Positions 12,620-26,300 are shown, numbered from the whole stretch's first letter. The stretch is 58,354 nucleotides of DNA, filler included, from Dugesia japonica (GCA_001938525.1; 5 parts of 5 records of this genome joined end to end with filler, not necessarily neighbours in it); one strand, 5' to 3'. Notes: a model not told the origin generated them from the sequence alone. Translations and numbers: made by a program.

Positions 12620-15340
12620 ACAGCCATAATGAGACTATTTAGTTTGGGTTATCTTTCGAAAATCTGTTCCTTATGTTATTAACCTTTAATTATATATAAT
12701 TATTTGTCATCAATAAGCCAGTAATTTTTCGAAATATTACCACCCTCGCTGCTGTTCAGACTTCAGCAACCCCAATATTAGTGACTCTAGTTCAATCTTT
12801 ACCAACAATCCTGCTTTTAATTCGGACCAAACGCTTGCTAATGATCCACAGGAACTCAGATCTACTAATATTAACCAGAATATTCACTCAATTCCTGCAA
12901 ATTAAGTTTTAATTCAAAAACCGATTCTTTATTTAATTATGCTATTCTTTTGCAATAAAAATTCCTTGATATTTCTCATTGCTTAGATACTTACTTAATT
13001 AAACCATTTAAACAAAATCAAAAAGGCGATATCAATATTAAAAATTTTGTAAATCAAGCTAATAAGATTAATCTTTTTAAAAAAGGTGACGTTACTTCTA
13101 GTATAGAAATAAAGGAAACTACTCCTGTTATTTCTTATCAAATTGCTAACGTCAACAATAAACTTTGCTTCTATCACAGAAAGTTCAGTGCTAAAGCTCG
13201 CCACTGCAAAAAACCACGTGAACTCCAAACTGCCTTCTTCCACACAATCTTCAGATTAAGGTGCCCAACAATGATGATGACGATTTCATCTATAATGCTG
13301 GGATTTGGCATCCAGTTTATTCCACCCAAATGTCGACGGAGCTCCTGAACTCTTATCGATCTGTTGATAAGAGCCCCATTTTGATCAATGATCGCTATCT
13401 TATCCAAACTTATCTTATCCGGAAAATGCTGTACTGTATCGACAATATAATATTCTGTTTCCCTGAAAGGAGAAAAGTCTTTTACTGCAATTTGGCTTCC
13501 AGTTTTCCTAAGCTCATCACCAGATCTAATAAGTTTGCCAATTTGCCACCGAGATTCCTGGATCTCTTAGCTGAGACAATCATTCACTTCGTTCTTTCGA
13601 GAAACTCTTTATTCGACAAGATTATCATATTCAGAAATAGCTTCAATTTCTCTTGATCAACTGGCACCTCTTTTAAAGTATTTGCTCCACCTAAAACTTA
13701 GCCTACTTTCTCAATCACTGCTGATATCAACTCATCTCTGAAATCTTCGTTTAGTGACGCTCATAAATCTTTGAGCGCTCAATCTGACATCTTGCTAAAG
13801 CACACACCTATTATTAATAGATCGCCGTGGCACAAAGCTTCTCCACACCCCTCGAGATGTTGACCTACTCCTATCTTTCCTGATACTCTTAAGTCCATTC
13901 TCTAGGATATCGAGCGATGTTGTTGGATGTTTGATACTAATATTCATCAATATGTTCACTCCAGAAACACATCCTTTTTGGATAAATACCCATCATGATT
14001 CAAAGATCCTGATACTGAAAAGACTTTTGAAAAAAAATTGATACTCTCAATTCTTCGCTTGATGCGGAAGTGCTGTAGATATCGGAGCTTTTGCTAACTT
14101 TTATCTGTTCAGCTGTTGGACTTAGCTGAATTCCTTTCATTGTAGGGCACTCCACAACTTCTCCCGTACCTCCAAAATTTGTTTTTTCGAGGCAAGAATG
14201 CTCTCAAATGTTGCTTTTCCAAACTTAATCTACCTCCACATCCAGGGAACTAATCTCCTGTCAAACGTTCAGGCTCTATGCCCCCAACAATTCAACTACA
14301 CCACTTTTCTCCTCCAGTATACCCAACTTATTCAGTTCAAGCTCAATTTATAACAGTTTCTTACAGAATTCCTCTCCTAAATCTTGGGTCTATCTTCACG
14401 TCTCTCCTTCTCACGAGACGACTAATAATATCAAAAACCCTGGTCTTCTCCTCTGCGGTCAAATTTACAATTTTTTAAATCAAAAAAATCTCGACAAAAT
14501 CAATTTATTCAACATCAGACAGAAGATTACCTCGATTTTCAGTGACACTAAAGGATCTATCCCCAAAATCAGTTTTCACGCAATCACTCCAACTCCGTCG
14601 CTGCACACTCGTTTATCTGAAGCCTGTTCTCTCTATATTATATATTTTATTCTATATTCTACATATTATGATGACAGAATCAATTAAAGAAGCTCTCACT
14701 AACTTTATTCCGAACAACAGAAACAAGAAACCAAAAAAACTCAATATATCGAACAAAATCGTAACTCCTCGCAACAGATTTGACTCTAAACTTCGTAAAA
14801 AAATATCAGTTACCTCAAAACTGGTTTTTTAATCAATTTTTCGCTCAGTTTTGGGCTCCTCGCTCATCACAGGAAACGTTCTATGCTGAAAAATCAAATA
14901 ATTCTCCTCTCACAGACTGGACCTCCACCGGAACCATTGTCAAAGGATCTCACTTCAATTTCCCTAATATTGACCAAGAAACAATTTTGAATATTCTCAA
15001 ACATAGTATTAAAAGCAGCCCTTGCATAAGAAACGTGACATACGCAGATATCCTTAATTGTGATCCAAATCACAGAAAACCTTATGCATTCCGATAGAAA
15101 CAGAAAAATGAAGTCACATTTTTATCACTAGAACTGAAACTTATTTTATGTTCCTGTGTCATAGTAAATGTAACAAATATTTATATCGTTATTTCTCTCC
15201 TTCTTTTTGAAATTCGGCAAATTACAGGATTCCGTTTGATTTTGATCATTTTAGAGCTTCTATCGCTCACATAACAAGAACCTAAACTAAATTGGTACGC
15301 GCCTGCACTTTTCAATAAAAGTCACAGACGCTGCCGAGAA
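12620..15340 (+). mobile_element. Decayed non-LTR retrotransposon, probably R2 superfamily (NeSL/Utopia-like); 5' part up to start of RT
   Basis: Long C/T-rich block of broken ORFs. The segment NIDQETILNILKHSIKSSPCIRNVTYADILNCDP resembles the RT-0 motif (I..EEV...L.....SAPG.D..TY..L...DP). The RT core is not present. Confidence 0.4.
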
Positions 15341-17479
15341 GACCGGTTTCAGGGTAAATTATAGGTGGGTACGAATAATCCTTAGATTCGAGTAAATAAA
15401 ATCAAGTCAATGCCTCAATAAATTAATAATTGTACAAATAAAGAATAAATAAGAAAATACCAAAGAATTGATAATTACTACATTAAAATGGACTTTAAAT
15501 ACCACTTTGTAAAATCATCAAAGTGTTAGAATTCTATTGGGTAGATATTTTCCTCATTGCAGTAGTCCATTGGGTTGCACCAGAAATTTCAAGAATTTAA
15601 TTAGATGTATCCGAATTAGATATTCGTGAAAGTGCTGTACGCTATCATTTAGATAGTATTGGTTGCATATTTCTCTTTACAAGGTGATGAAATAGAATGT
15701 ACCCAGAAAATAATCAATTAACAAGAAATTTAGTAATAAACAACTGGGAGAGCAAAAAAACGTTTTGATAGCAAACATTAGTAGGAATTCAATAAACAAC
15801 ATAACAAAAGAATTTCGTGAAAATAACAAGGTCAATCATGAGCAGATTAAAACGAAGAAAGAGAGTTAATTGACGTCTATCGGAAATATAAATAATTAAA
15901 ATGAAACGATTAATTTCAGAGATTATATAAAGATTAAATTGAATCAAATAAATTGAATATAATAAAAACGGAAAAGAATTAGAATTATATAGAAGCAAAT
16001 AAAAGAAATAGGTACGTGTTCAATATGCGAAAATAAAATTATATATATGTTCAGCAGACAAACAATTCAATTCAATCAATAATAATTAAAAATTACCAAT
16101 TTGGTGATATTTTAGTCTTTTCGGACTACTTATTATTTCTTATCTATTATTTTACATTTTTATTTGACATTTTCTGGATTTTTAATTATTTGGTTATTGA
16201 TTTTTATTTCTTTAATTTTAATTTTGTTGTAATTTTGTTGTTGTTTATTATAATTTTTTGACTTCATTTCTGTGAGTGTGTTTTGAAAAGCGAGTTGAAA
16301 TTTTTGTGTGATTGGTAATCATTTTTTTAAGAAAACTTTTTTTTTCAAAAAAGATTTAAATTATAGATAAATTTAATTTAAATAACGAATATTTGCTTTT
16401 AAATTTTGAATGACAATTAAGTAATAAATTAAAGTTTTTGACTGAATAGAAAATTGGTTTAATAATAAACTAAAGTTTTTGAATAAATTAATACTTGGTT
16501 TTAAATTTTAAGATGACGATTGAATAATAAAGCAAAATTTTTAAATAACTTAAAATAAATTTTAAATAATTAAAAAAGATGATAACCAATTAAAACACGG
16601 GATTTTAATTTGTTTGATTAAACAAATATGATGTTATAGTTTTGTTTTTGAATAAATTTCCCTATGGAGTTGAATCTTGATATTGATGATCCTTATCTAA
16701 CAATTATTATATTTAATTATTTGTTAATTAATTGTTAATTTTCTCTAATTTAGTCTAATTGAATTGTCCTTGATTAGCAATAATGAATTTTATTTTTATT
16801 ATTTTGTGGTATCTAAGGGATAATCTGATAGCATCACTACTAGCTATCAATCAGGTATAAATACATTTTTGTCAAATCACCCCACCTAAATATTTTATGA
16901 TTTGCCGATAAGGTTACCTATAAGGTTACCGAGACAGTAAAATTATTTTTTAATACTGTTGTCATTGTTAATTTTTATAAATCTTGTTACTGATAAAGTG
17001 GAAAACTAAAAGTTTTACTTAGAGATTTAAGTTAATTAAATTTTGAATTACCGAGTTGGTAACTTTTGTGGTGGTGAGTCGAGTTTCTCCAAGTATGAAA
17101 AGAGGAATGGAATCTTTAGATACTTTTGAGTTTCATTTAATTCTAAAGGAAACTGTTTTGAATTTTGTGATTGAAATATAATCTTATAAAGTTATCATTT
17201 TTATCATAATTATTTTTAAATATATTTAAATAACCTATTCACAAAGTTGAATAATAATTCTATCTATTAAAATATCAAACACCGAACTTGACAAATAAAC
17301 ATATAAATAATGTCATGATACTGCGATTAATCTTTCTTATTGATTCAGAAAAAAATTGAGTCAATCGAGTGATATGAAAGTAATGTTNAATCTATATATA
17401 TTTCCAGATAAATTTTATTAAAATAATTCGGGAAGATTTTTTAATTTCAGCAGACCGATATATTTAGTCGTATTTCTTG

Positions 17480-19610
17480 CAAAATCTATTCTAAGTTTCT
17501 AAAAAAGATGATGTGATATAAGAGTGACCAATAGAAAATAATTGTACGAGGTTGAGGGGAGATGTATACCATCCGTCACGAGAAAAAGATAACAATAGAA
17601 AAAATGAGAAATCTCAAGAACAGAAAGTTAACTGAGAAACACCAAGATCAGCAAATAGCATTCCTGGAAGTATAGGACCTGATTTTAGAGATTTCAAAGG
17701 TAACAAAATGTCATTATTCGTCAGCCAAAATTGGGCCTGAAATAACTTTCCAAACCGGTTAAAAAGAAAGAGCTCAATTAAGACCCAAAAAGAGGAAATA
17801 TTCACGTAATTCATGTGCTGTCCTTAAAAAAACGGGCATTAATAATGATTTTTCAAACAATTAAAAGTTTTAGTGATTTAAAACTGTAATTATGGTATAA
17901 GTTTTTGATAGTTCGACCGAAATTGTTAATGAAAATAATTAAATAAGTAATTTAATTAACTTCAAAAAATAAACAAATATTTTGAAAAACAAATTTAATA
18001 AGTGAAATTTGTTTTTCAAAATATTTGTTTTATTTACAGATCAATGGAAAAGTTAATTTTAAAATAACGAAAAATTTTGAAATGAACATTTTAAAATTTT
18101 AATTTCTGAAATAAAATTTCATAAAATAAAAGTAGAAAATTTAAATATTTAAAAATTTGGAATAATTTTTGAAATAATTTTCAGATAAACGTTTAAGTAA
18201 ATAATTTTATTTTTCAAAATAGTTTAATCTGAATACAGCAGATTTCAGGGCAGACTTAGTGTAAGTGTACAAATAAATGAAAGCGGATAAAGTGTCTTTT
18301 AGAGTAATTATTGTAAATTTAGATTGTTAGAGAAATTTTGGGAAATAAGCACTTAGAGGAGTGGGAATTAAAATTGCGTCACGCAAAAGATAGTGCGTTG
18401 GAAAAGGCTGGAAGAGCAAAGTTGGAAGTTTAATTAGGTGATTAGACCAAGTGGGTAACTTTTGTAGTGTGAGTTGAGTTTTTATAAGTATGAAAGAAGG
18501 CAAGGAATTTTTAAATACTTTTGGATTTAATTTGGTTCAAAATGAAATTATTCTAAAGAGTATTGAAGAAATAAATTATATTTGTAGTTTAAATGCCAAT
18601 TTCAGTAGGCCGGTTAACGACAGTGAACGTTGAAAGTAAGTATGTAATAGTATAAATTGGAATGGGGATATGCGGTTGGAAGAAATATGCAGGAACAAAG
18701 TGAGAGTATTTATGAAAAATAAGTGGGCTGTAAGAAGAACACACTTGGTTAAGCAAAGAATCGTAAAAAAGGCGGTCCAATTAATGGGAAACTATATAGA
18801 TAGAAAACATGTTTGAGAACGGTATCATTAGAAAATGCAATTCGCTATGGAACACTCCATTAGTTTGTATTTAGAAACAGAACAAAAAAGACATAAGATT
18901 ATTTTTAAATTTCAGGAGGCTGAATGCGATAACATAACGACAGGCACTCCTTATCTCAAATATTGAAGAAATGTTAGATACTCTGAACGAGACAGCTTAA
19001 TTTAGTTCAATTAATTTGGATAATGCGCATTACTTAGTAGAAGTAAAGGTAGTCACAGTAAAAAACAGCCTTTTCTACAAAGCAAGGTCAATATTGTTTT
19101 AATAAGATGCTTTTTGGTATAGCGAAAGCTCTAGGGGCGTTTCAAGGAATGATGGTGAAAGTAATTGGAGAACTAGAATGAGCAATCTTATACTTATACG
19201 GCATACTGATCTTTTCAAAAAATAAGGAAGCACATTCTGGAATGATTGAAAAGGTATTAGCAAGGAGTTTGGAAGCGGGATTGCGAATTAATTTAGAAAA
19301 ATGTTCATTTTTACAAAAATAGATAAAGGTTTTAGGGCATATTGTCAGTGGGAAAAGCATTAAGACAGATCTAACTAAGATAGAAAAGATTAAATCGTTC
19401 GGAAAACCTGAGTATATTAAGAGACTCCGTAGTTCTTTAGGCATTTGCAACTACTACAGGACATTTTATCAAAAGATATGTGAAGAAGGCTTAAAAATTG
19501 GAGCAGTTATATAGTGGATCAGGAAGCACAAAATTAGTTTGGTCAGCTAAAATTGACAGAGATCTTTGAAGGATTAAAGATAGCTCTAACACCTAGTTTT
19601 AGAATTAGTG
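17480..19610 (+). mobile_element. Ty3/Gypsy LTR retrotransposon pol remnant (protease region, RT, connection)
   Basis: Translation across stops gives MFENGIIRKCNSLWNTPLVCI, IRLFLNFRRLNAIT, KTAFSTKQGQYCFNKMLFG, LRINLEKCSF, VLGHIVS and LRSSLGICNYYR. The YxDD motif has decayed. Confidence 0.9.
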
Positions 19611-19654
19611 GGATAGTGGCGCACTGGCAAAATTTGAATACCCCACCTCACCCT

Positions 19655-19774
19655 GTCCAGATAACCACTTTTTTGTCTTTCTTTTTGTTTTTGAGATACT
19701 TTCATCAATTTTTCTACGCCTAAAAAACCTGCTAGGATTTTTGGATCCGTCCATATTGTCTTTAGTTTCCACAT
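19655..19774 (-). pseudogene. Polinton/adintovirus retroviral-like integrase, N-terminal fragment
   Basis: LKTIWTDPKILAGFLGVEKL (frameshift) KRKTKKWLSGQ matches the typical Polinton integrase start (L..IY.DP..PAGF.GV.KL...VK.WLS.Q). Truncated against the Gypsy element. Confidence 0.7.
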
Positions 19775-19867
19775 TATAACAATTCGATGTAAATTTTAAG
19801 TCAAAATTAGGTAATGATTGCAATCCGCCTATTGTTTATTAATATTTTTGTCAAAAGCTCAAATTGT

Positions 19868-20192
19868 TTATCTGAAATGAGTTAAGCCAAATGCAGCCAA
19901 TGTAATTGGTAGTAATGCTGCTAAAAATCCACCGTCTTGATTATCTTGTATTACTTTCCTCATCAGTCTCTTATATTTTATATTTACAAGCGATAGTAAG
20001 GTATTTTTTAATGTTTTTTCAATGTTTCCTTTTTAGCTTCGCTCAAATTTACATTACCACGAACAATATTTACAATAATCTCATGTAAATAGTCCATAAC
20101 ATATCGTGGCAATGATTCCGAAATTCTCATACTCATTGATTTGATGATTTAATCAAAGCAATAAAAAACGGAATAATTCTTTCTAATTTCAT
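19868..20192 (-). pseudogene. Polinton small virion protein with QxGG/FL site and C-terminal hydrophobic helix
   Basis: Frameshifted reconstruction: MKLERIIPFFIALIKSS..MRISESLPRYVMDYLHEIIVNIVRGNVNLSEAKKETLKKH..KRLMRKVIQDNQDGGFLAALLPITLAAFGLTHFR*. The EI..NI..GN and QxGGFL..LLP motifs are typical of this Polinton gene. Confidence 0.7.
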
Positions 20193-20242
20193 TTTTATTT
20201 CAATAACAAAGTCATACCAGTAAATTGTTTATAATGATATTC

Positions 20243-20467
20243 ATTTTCCATTCATCAATTCCAGTTTCTTTCCAGTACTTTTCGAAATTTTTTTAAACTT
20301 ATTCAATTGTTTTTTCTTATTTGAATACGTTTTCTTATGAGATTGTTTCTTGAAGGATTTTTTCTTATTAGATTGTTTTGTCTTTTTTTTCAAAACCAAC
20401 CTTTTCGTTGTTTAACAACATCACCATCAGTAACTGGATCAACTACAATTTTCTTAAACTTTACCAT
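20243..20467 (-). pseudogene. Small lysine-rich basic protein (putative Polinton core protein), frameshifted
   Basis: MVKFKKIVVDPVTDGDVVKQRKG then KKTKQSNKKKSFKKQSHKKTYSNKKKQL. Lies between the ATPase and the GGFL protein. Confidence 0.4.
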
Positions 20468-20487
20468 TTTTTATAATATTATAAAAA

Positions 20488-20760
20488 TTACCTATTTTGT
20501 TTATATACTGTGATACCATTAGGGTTGAATATATCTGTTATCACCCTATAATCATCTGGACATTGTTGTATAAAGTCAAGAAATAGATATCCATGTGGTT
20601 TTTCTGTTGGATCTTGGAATGATTCAATAAGAAATTGTCTGTTATTTGGATATGCTTGTCTTGGTAGAAAATCAACAACTGTCTGATCTCTAGAATCTTT
20701 GAATAAAACCAAATATGGCTCGTTTAAATATTGGATAATGCTAGTTTTTTATTTTTATTT
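20488..20760 (-). pseudogene. Polinton A32/FtsK-like packaging ATPase, C-terminal fragment
   Basis: LNEPYLVLFKDSRDQ...RQAYP...FLIESFQDPTEKPHGYLFLDF...DDYRVITDIF matches the conserved C-terminus. Walker A/B are deleted. Confidence 0.85.
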
Positions 20761-21292
20761 ACCGTAGAGTTGATGATTTCGAGTAGATACTTTAAATTGA
20801 TCTACAGAGACCATTGTATTATTATAACAGTCAAGATATGACTGATGTGTGATTCCACTGTTTTTTAGTGTTATACCCTTAGCTTTNNNNNNNNNNNNNN
20901 NGCTAAGTAGGCTATAACACTTTGGCCTAAAAAATATCCACTAGCTATATTTCTTCCCTTTACTCTCATCCTTGAATTTTCCAACGGCAATGTTAAAATC
21001 GTTTGAGTAAAGGGGATGACTTGTACTATAATTGGATGTATCCAATAACTGATCTCTCAACCTTTAGTTTTTCCAAACCTATATTTTTAACCTCCAGGAA
21101 AAAACTATCCGTATCGCCAGCTACAATACTTATTGTACATTTTTCTTCTATCCTGTACTTTTACAACTGATTATATTGTAATTGATACATTCTCAATTTT
21201 CATAGGTCCAGTACAGTATGTCCGATGTAGCTTGGTCGATCCAAACATACAATATCCTTATTGAGAAGAACAGCTATCAGGTCTTGATCGAT
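20761..21292 (-). pseudogene. Protein-primed DNA polymerase B (pPolB), C-terminal fragment, copy 2
   Basis: LDRPSYIGHTVLDL*KLRMY, IVAGDTDSFF, LLDTSNY, GKFKDE, FRPKCYS and KAKG; collinear with the copy at 41050-41620. Confidence 0.9.
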
Positions 21293-21392
21293 NNNNNNNN
21301 NNNNNNNNNNNNNNNNNNNNNNNNNNNNNNNNNNNNTTAATTAATTAANNNNNNNNNNNNNNNNNNNNNNNNNNNNNNNNNNNNNNNNNNNN
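21293..21392. other. Artificial scaffold-joining linker
   Basis: 44N-TTAATTAATTAA-44N. Confidence 0.95.
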
Positions 21393-23314
21393 TGAGGGCA
21401 TATAAAAAGAGACTACTAAACTCACACAATTGTTGATTTGCTTTGGTAACAATCCCCAAAACATCTGAACACGTTCATAGAAATAAATTAAAACTGTTAT
21501 TTTTATTATTTATTAACTATTCCTTCAACAAGTGTCGAAGCTGTAAAAGCTTACTCGACATTGGGAAAAATGTGCACTATAATTTGGAAATGCCTGTGTG
21601 ATAAAATTTTTATATACTCGTACTTTTGCAGATATTCTTCGAGAAAAATATAGAAACTATTACATGGAAAATGTTTGTATTTATAACAAGGGTAAAATAT
21701 TAAATTGCTTTTGTTAAAAATTTGCTAGTCAACAGACCGCGGTAATGCTATAACTGTGTATAGTTTTAAAATGTAGCAACAATACATGATTTTTTCGCGT
21801 AAACCAGATTTCTGGATAGGAAATCCACCCGGTTGGCTATTTTATTTTAGAATCCAAGGATCGTTTGCCAGGTAGAGCTCCGCTAAAAATTTAATATAGC
21901 ATTCCTAAACTAGATCTTGGGAATAGAGCCAAGGATAGAATTCCATAATTATTGGGAAATTTTGAATATTTTTCNNNNNNNNNNNNNNNNNNNNNNNNNN
22001 NNNNNNNNNNNNNNNNNNNNNNNNNNNNNNNNNNNNNNNNNNNNNNNNNNNNNNNNNNNNNNATCAAAATGCTAGAATACTAACACAGTGAAAAAGCCAA
22101 ATGTTCTAACACAATCTGCTGTAAGGGATAGGAGACTGCGCCATTGCACCACTATCCATCTACTTACTAATGAAAATGGTTGTAAAAGTATTTTCATTAA
22201 ACCTTATTAATATATCATGGTTAGGAGGGTAAAACCACGAATTGTTTGTTACTGTGAACTTCTAGACAGCAGTGTTTCAAGAAATGGAGAACAGAAATAA
22301 TTTTAAGATAGAAAAATAGAGTTAGAGAGATGAGTTAGAGTTAGAGGAATAAAAACCTAACAACGAAGCTTAACGCCAGGTTACCACCAATAATTTATTA
22401 CTCGTCAAACTAATAAAATTAGCAATAAATAAATGAATTGTGAAATGTGGCTGTAGACAAATAATCTTTAGTGAATCATGACTTCGGATATCTCAAAAAA
22501 AGTTTCAAATCTGAGCAACCTTTTTCGAAAAATCGTGAAACGAAAAAATATCACTTTGCGATAGAAGTGTTCGAAAACGAGCAAAGGTTATGAATACTCT
22601 TTTTGTATAGCAATTAAATAATTTGTAATAAAATTATGTAAAATTAGTTTAAATTAATTACATTAAAACACAATATTTGGAAAGATAAATTAACAAGCAG
22701 ACTATCAAAGTTCTGCAAATTTAATTTCAGTTATAATCAAAACAAAATTATATTTTTAAAACCAAATCTTGTTTAAAATACTACTAGCTTATGTTTATCT
22801 ATTTATATTCTAAAAATACGTTAGTCTAAAAAATATGTACCAAATGTAATGATGTGCACACATAAAAATCAATAAGCTAATAAACCATTGATTATTCGAC
22901 TAAAAAAGTGATAATTATAGAAACAACTAATTGAAAATTAACAAATTCCAATTTAATTATAATCCTTAAAGTTATTCTACACAAAACATTTAATATCAGC
23001 GACACAAATAAACAGAGTCATTAAAATTTAAAATCAGCTAATAAAAAAACAAATTTTTCANCATAATTTTGTCTAGAATGAAAATCAATATAAATATTCC
23101 ATCAAAATTAGATATTTACAAATATACATTAATTTTTAACTGAGTAAACATGAACAAAACTGACATGAATAAATCACAATTCTAAAAAAAATGTAATAAA
23201 TTCTTCATTAAATAAACCGAAGAAAAATGAAATATAATAAGAATAATCTTGTGTAAATTAAAATTTACATAAAATATGGTTGGAAAACATCTCATTCTGG
23301 TTTAATTAACTCTT

Positions 23315-26300
23315 TCAAATAATGCTATTTAGGCTGTCATAATTCGGTGGGTATCCAGGAAGAATTTCAATAATATTACGAAAGACCGGGCCTTTATTAG
23401 TTTTAACATAAATTTTACACATATCTGGCAAACGTAATAAAAACATATTTAGGTCATTCATATCTCTACAATAAAAGCCAACTGCACAATTAGGATCCAA
23501 CTGAGAACACGGCATGATTAAAGGTCTTTTGCAGTGAAATGTCTAAAAAGAAATTTACAATTTGAAAACAATTAACACAAAAAAAGTTAAAATTAATATT
23601 TATAACTTTTAATATATGATTAAGCTTACTTGAACAAAAAATAATTATGTTCATCAAGAGTAACAGAAAAAAATTAATAGTGTAAATTTATTGTTTCAAA
23701 AATATTTTTATAGTTTTTTTTATAAAATAATGCTATAAAATTTGTAAGATCGAATTGTCAGTGAAATTTATAAATATTTAATATATATAAATTTATTCAC
23801 TGATTTATGCAATTATAATGCCAAATGACTTTATAATAATACTTAATATTAGTTTTTAACAGCACTTGCAAAAATTCTTGGATCAATTCACTAATGTTAG
23901 GCAATATAAAAATGAGAAGCTAGTCATTTTGCATAGTTATTTGAATTCTGTTAATGGCATTTATTTCGCAGTTGATTTGAAGTGTTATTTAATAATTATA
24001 TATAATAAAGAATAGAAAATGTATTGGATCAATAGACAGCTCGTTTTCAATTGACGTATTCTGATAAAATGATTGTGTAACCTTTTAAAGAAATGCAGTT
24101 AATAAATTTTACTCCAAATTTAATTTAATTTATAATTTAAAATTGTGTTCAGTCGACGTGAAATCCATTAAAATATCTTATTAATTAAATGATAAATTAC
24201 ATTCAAAAAATTTAAAATTCTAATTTTGTCATTAAAGAAAGATGCTTTTAATTTTAAAATCAAAATATATTATGATTAAAAGTCATTACATAACCCCCTC
24301 CTAAATCCTCCGGAACATGCGAATGTTGGTTTAAATCAGTCAGTTGAAACGATTTTCCATTTATGAACTTCATAGAAAATCAAATAATTCTTAAAACAAA
24401 AAAGAAAATTCATCTATGGTTTAGAGACANNNNNNNNNNNNNNNNNNNNNNNNNNNNNNNNNNNNNNNNNNNNNNNNNNNNNNNNNNNNNNNNNNNNNNN
24501 NNNNNNNNNNNNNNNNNNNNNNNNNNNNNGAAACCATTTCACAGTGGACATACGCAGTGTGACAATTAAGTTTTAAGACTGGAACTGTAAAATCAAAAGA
24601 AAACAAAATATAAAAATTTTATTGTTTTATTTATTCAAAATAATCCTCCCTGGCTATAATGAATTAGTTGCACTAATGTAACAAAAATCGAAATGCATAT
24701 TCCAGTTTAGGTTGAGGTATTTCTACCAAAACCACGGGTTGAAGCTGCTTGTATGGTTGTAACATCATTAAAATAACACCCTTTTAATTTTATTTTAAGT
24801 TTTTGGAATAAGGAGAAGTCGTAAGGTGCTAAGTCAGACGAATACTGTGGATGATTCAATATACAGACATTATGTTTTGCAAAATATCGAGAAACAATTA
24901 TTGATTTGTGGCTGGGTGCATTATAGTGCAACAAACACCAACTGTTTTCATCGCGATATTCTGAACGAATACGATGAATTCTTGTTCTCAAGCGTTTTAC
25001 AACTTCTAAATAATATTCCAATGTAATTGTTTGTCAAGCTGATGAAAATTATTTGTGGATAATACCCTTACTATCGATTACCATTGTTTTGATTTTTAAT
25101 GGAAATTTTCTTATTTTCTTGGCTTGAGGTGAGTTCTTTGTCTTCCATTTCTCACCTTTTCTTTTAGTTTTTTGGGTATTATTAGAAGCACCATGTTTCA
25201 TCACCTGGAAATTTACGTCATTTCTCGCAGCTGAAATGACGTCTTTGCAATATGCAATTCTACTGGATTTTTGATCGTTGGTTATGGAGCACGGAAGAAA
25301 TTTAGCACAGATTTTTATTTTAAATTTTCAACATGAAAAAAATTGTTCACATGTAAAAATGTCATACTTTTGGATATTGATTTGAATTTTCTATTACTAA
25401 TAGCTAAAGATTCACGCTTGAATATGTATATTTGATTTCATATATAATGTGTCAATTTTAAAACTTAATTGTCACACTGTATATTACCTTGGAATAGTAA
25501 TACTACAATCACGTAGAAAATTGGAATAATTAAAGGTGAATAAATTAGAGCCGAGAAATTATCTTCAAATGAAGAAATGAAATCGGCTTCTCTCAAGTTG
25601 ATAAAGAGTAAATTCCGAAATAACGCCTACCCAAAAAAAGTTATAGACATATTTATCTTTAAATATAAAATTTAATAAATTCAAACAAAAAACTAATACA
25701 GTAATTAAATTACCATTTATTATCGAAAAATGTAGAAATGGTAGAAATATATGCAATAGTAAAAATATATAGGTGAAACATGCAGAACCATCCGAACATA
25801 AATTAAGGAATATGAAGAAAGTGAAGTCTTGAAACACTTTCACAAATAAAATTTCACCAGAACAACATCTATATTCTCTATTTATATTCGGAAGGCATAA
25901 TATAGAAGTCTTCAGTGTTTCTTTTATTCCACTTCCAACAATCTGGCTTTCTTCGAATAGTCCTTAATAAATATGCGATAGTAATTGCAAATTCTCAAAA
26001 AGCTCCTAATCTTCTTAACACCTTTGTATTTACCGAAGTTCTTTGTTGTTTCTATTTTAGTTGGGTCTGTGCGGATACAGTCCTTACTAATGACGTTGAA
26101 AGAAATAATGTTATTCATAGAAAGAACTTGGAGCTGCCGTGATACCAAATGGATTTCTAAAAAAAATATTCTCCCTACTTGGTATAAAACGCCGCTCTTT
26201 CCTGAGAATCGTCACTGAAACTTAGTAGTATGAATTTCCAAAGTCTATTGAGCTAAAATATTGACAACAGTCCAAAGCATTGAGCATTTCAATCATATTA

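Noticed and set aside
19142-19450. Antisense ORFs (also 5249-5548, 24826-25026, 25565-25843, 38403-38774, 39017-39280)
   Set aside because: Shadows on the opposite strand of recognisable TE, viral or coiled-coil coding sequence.
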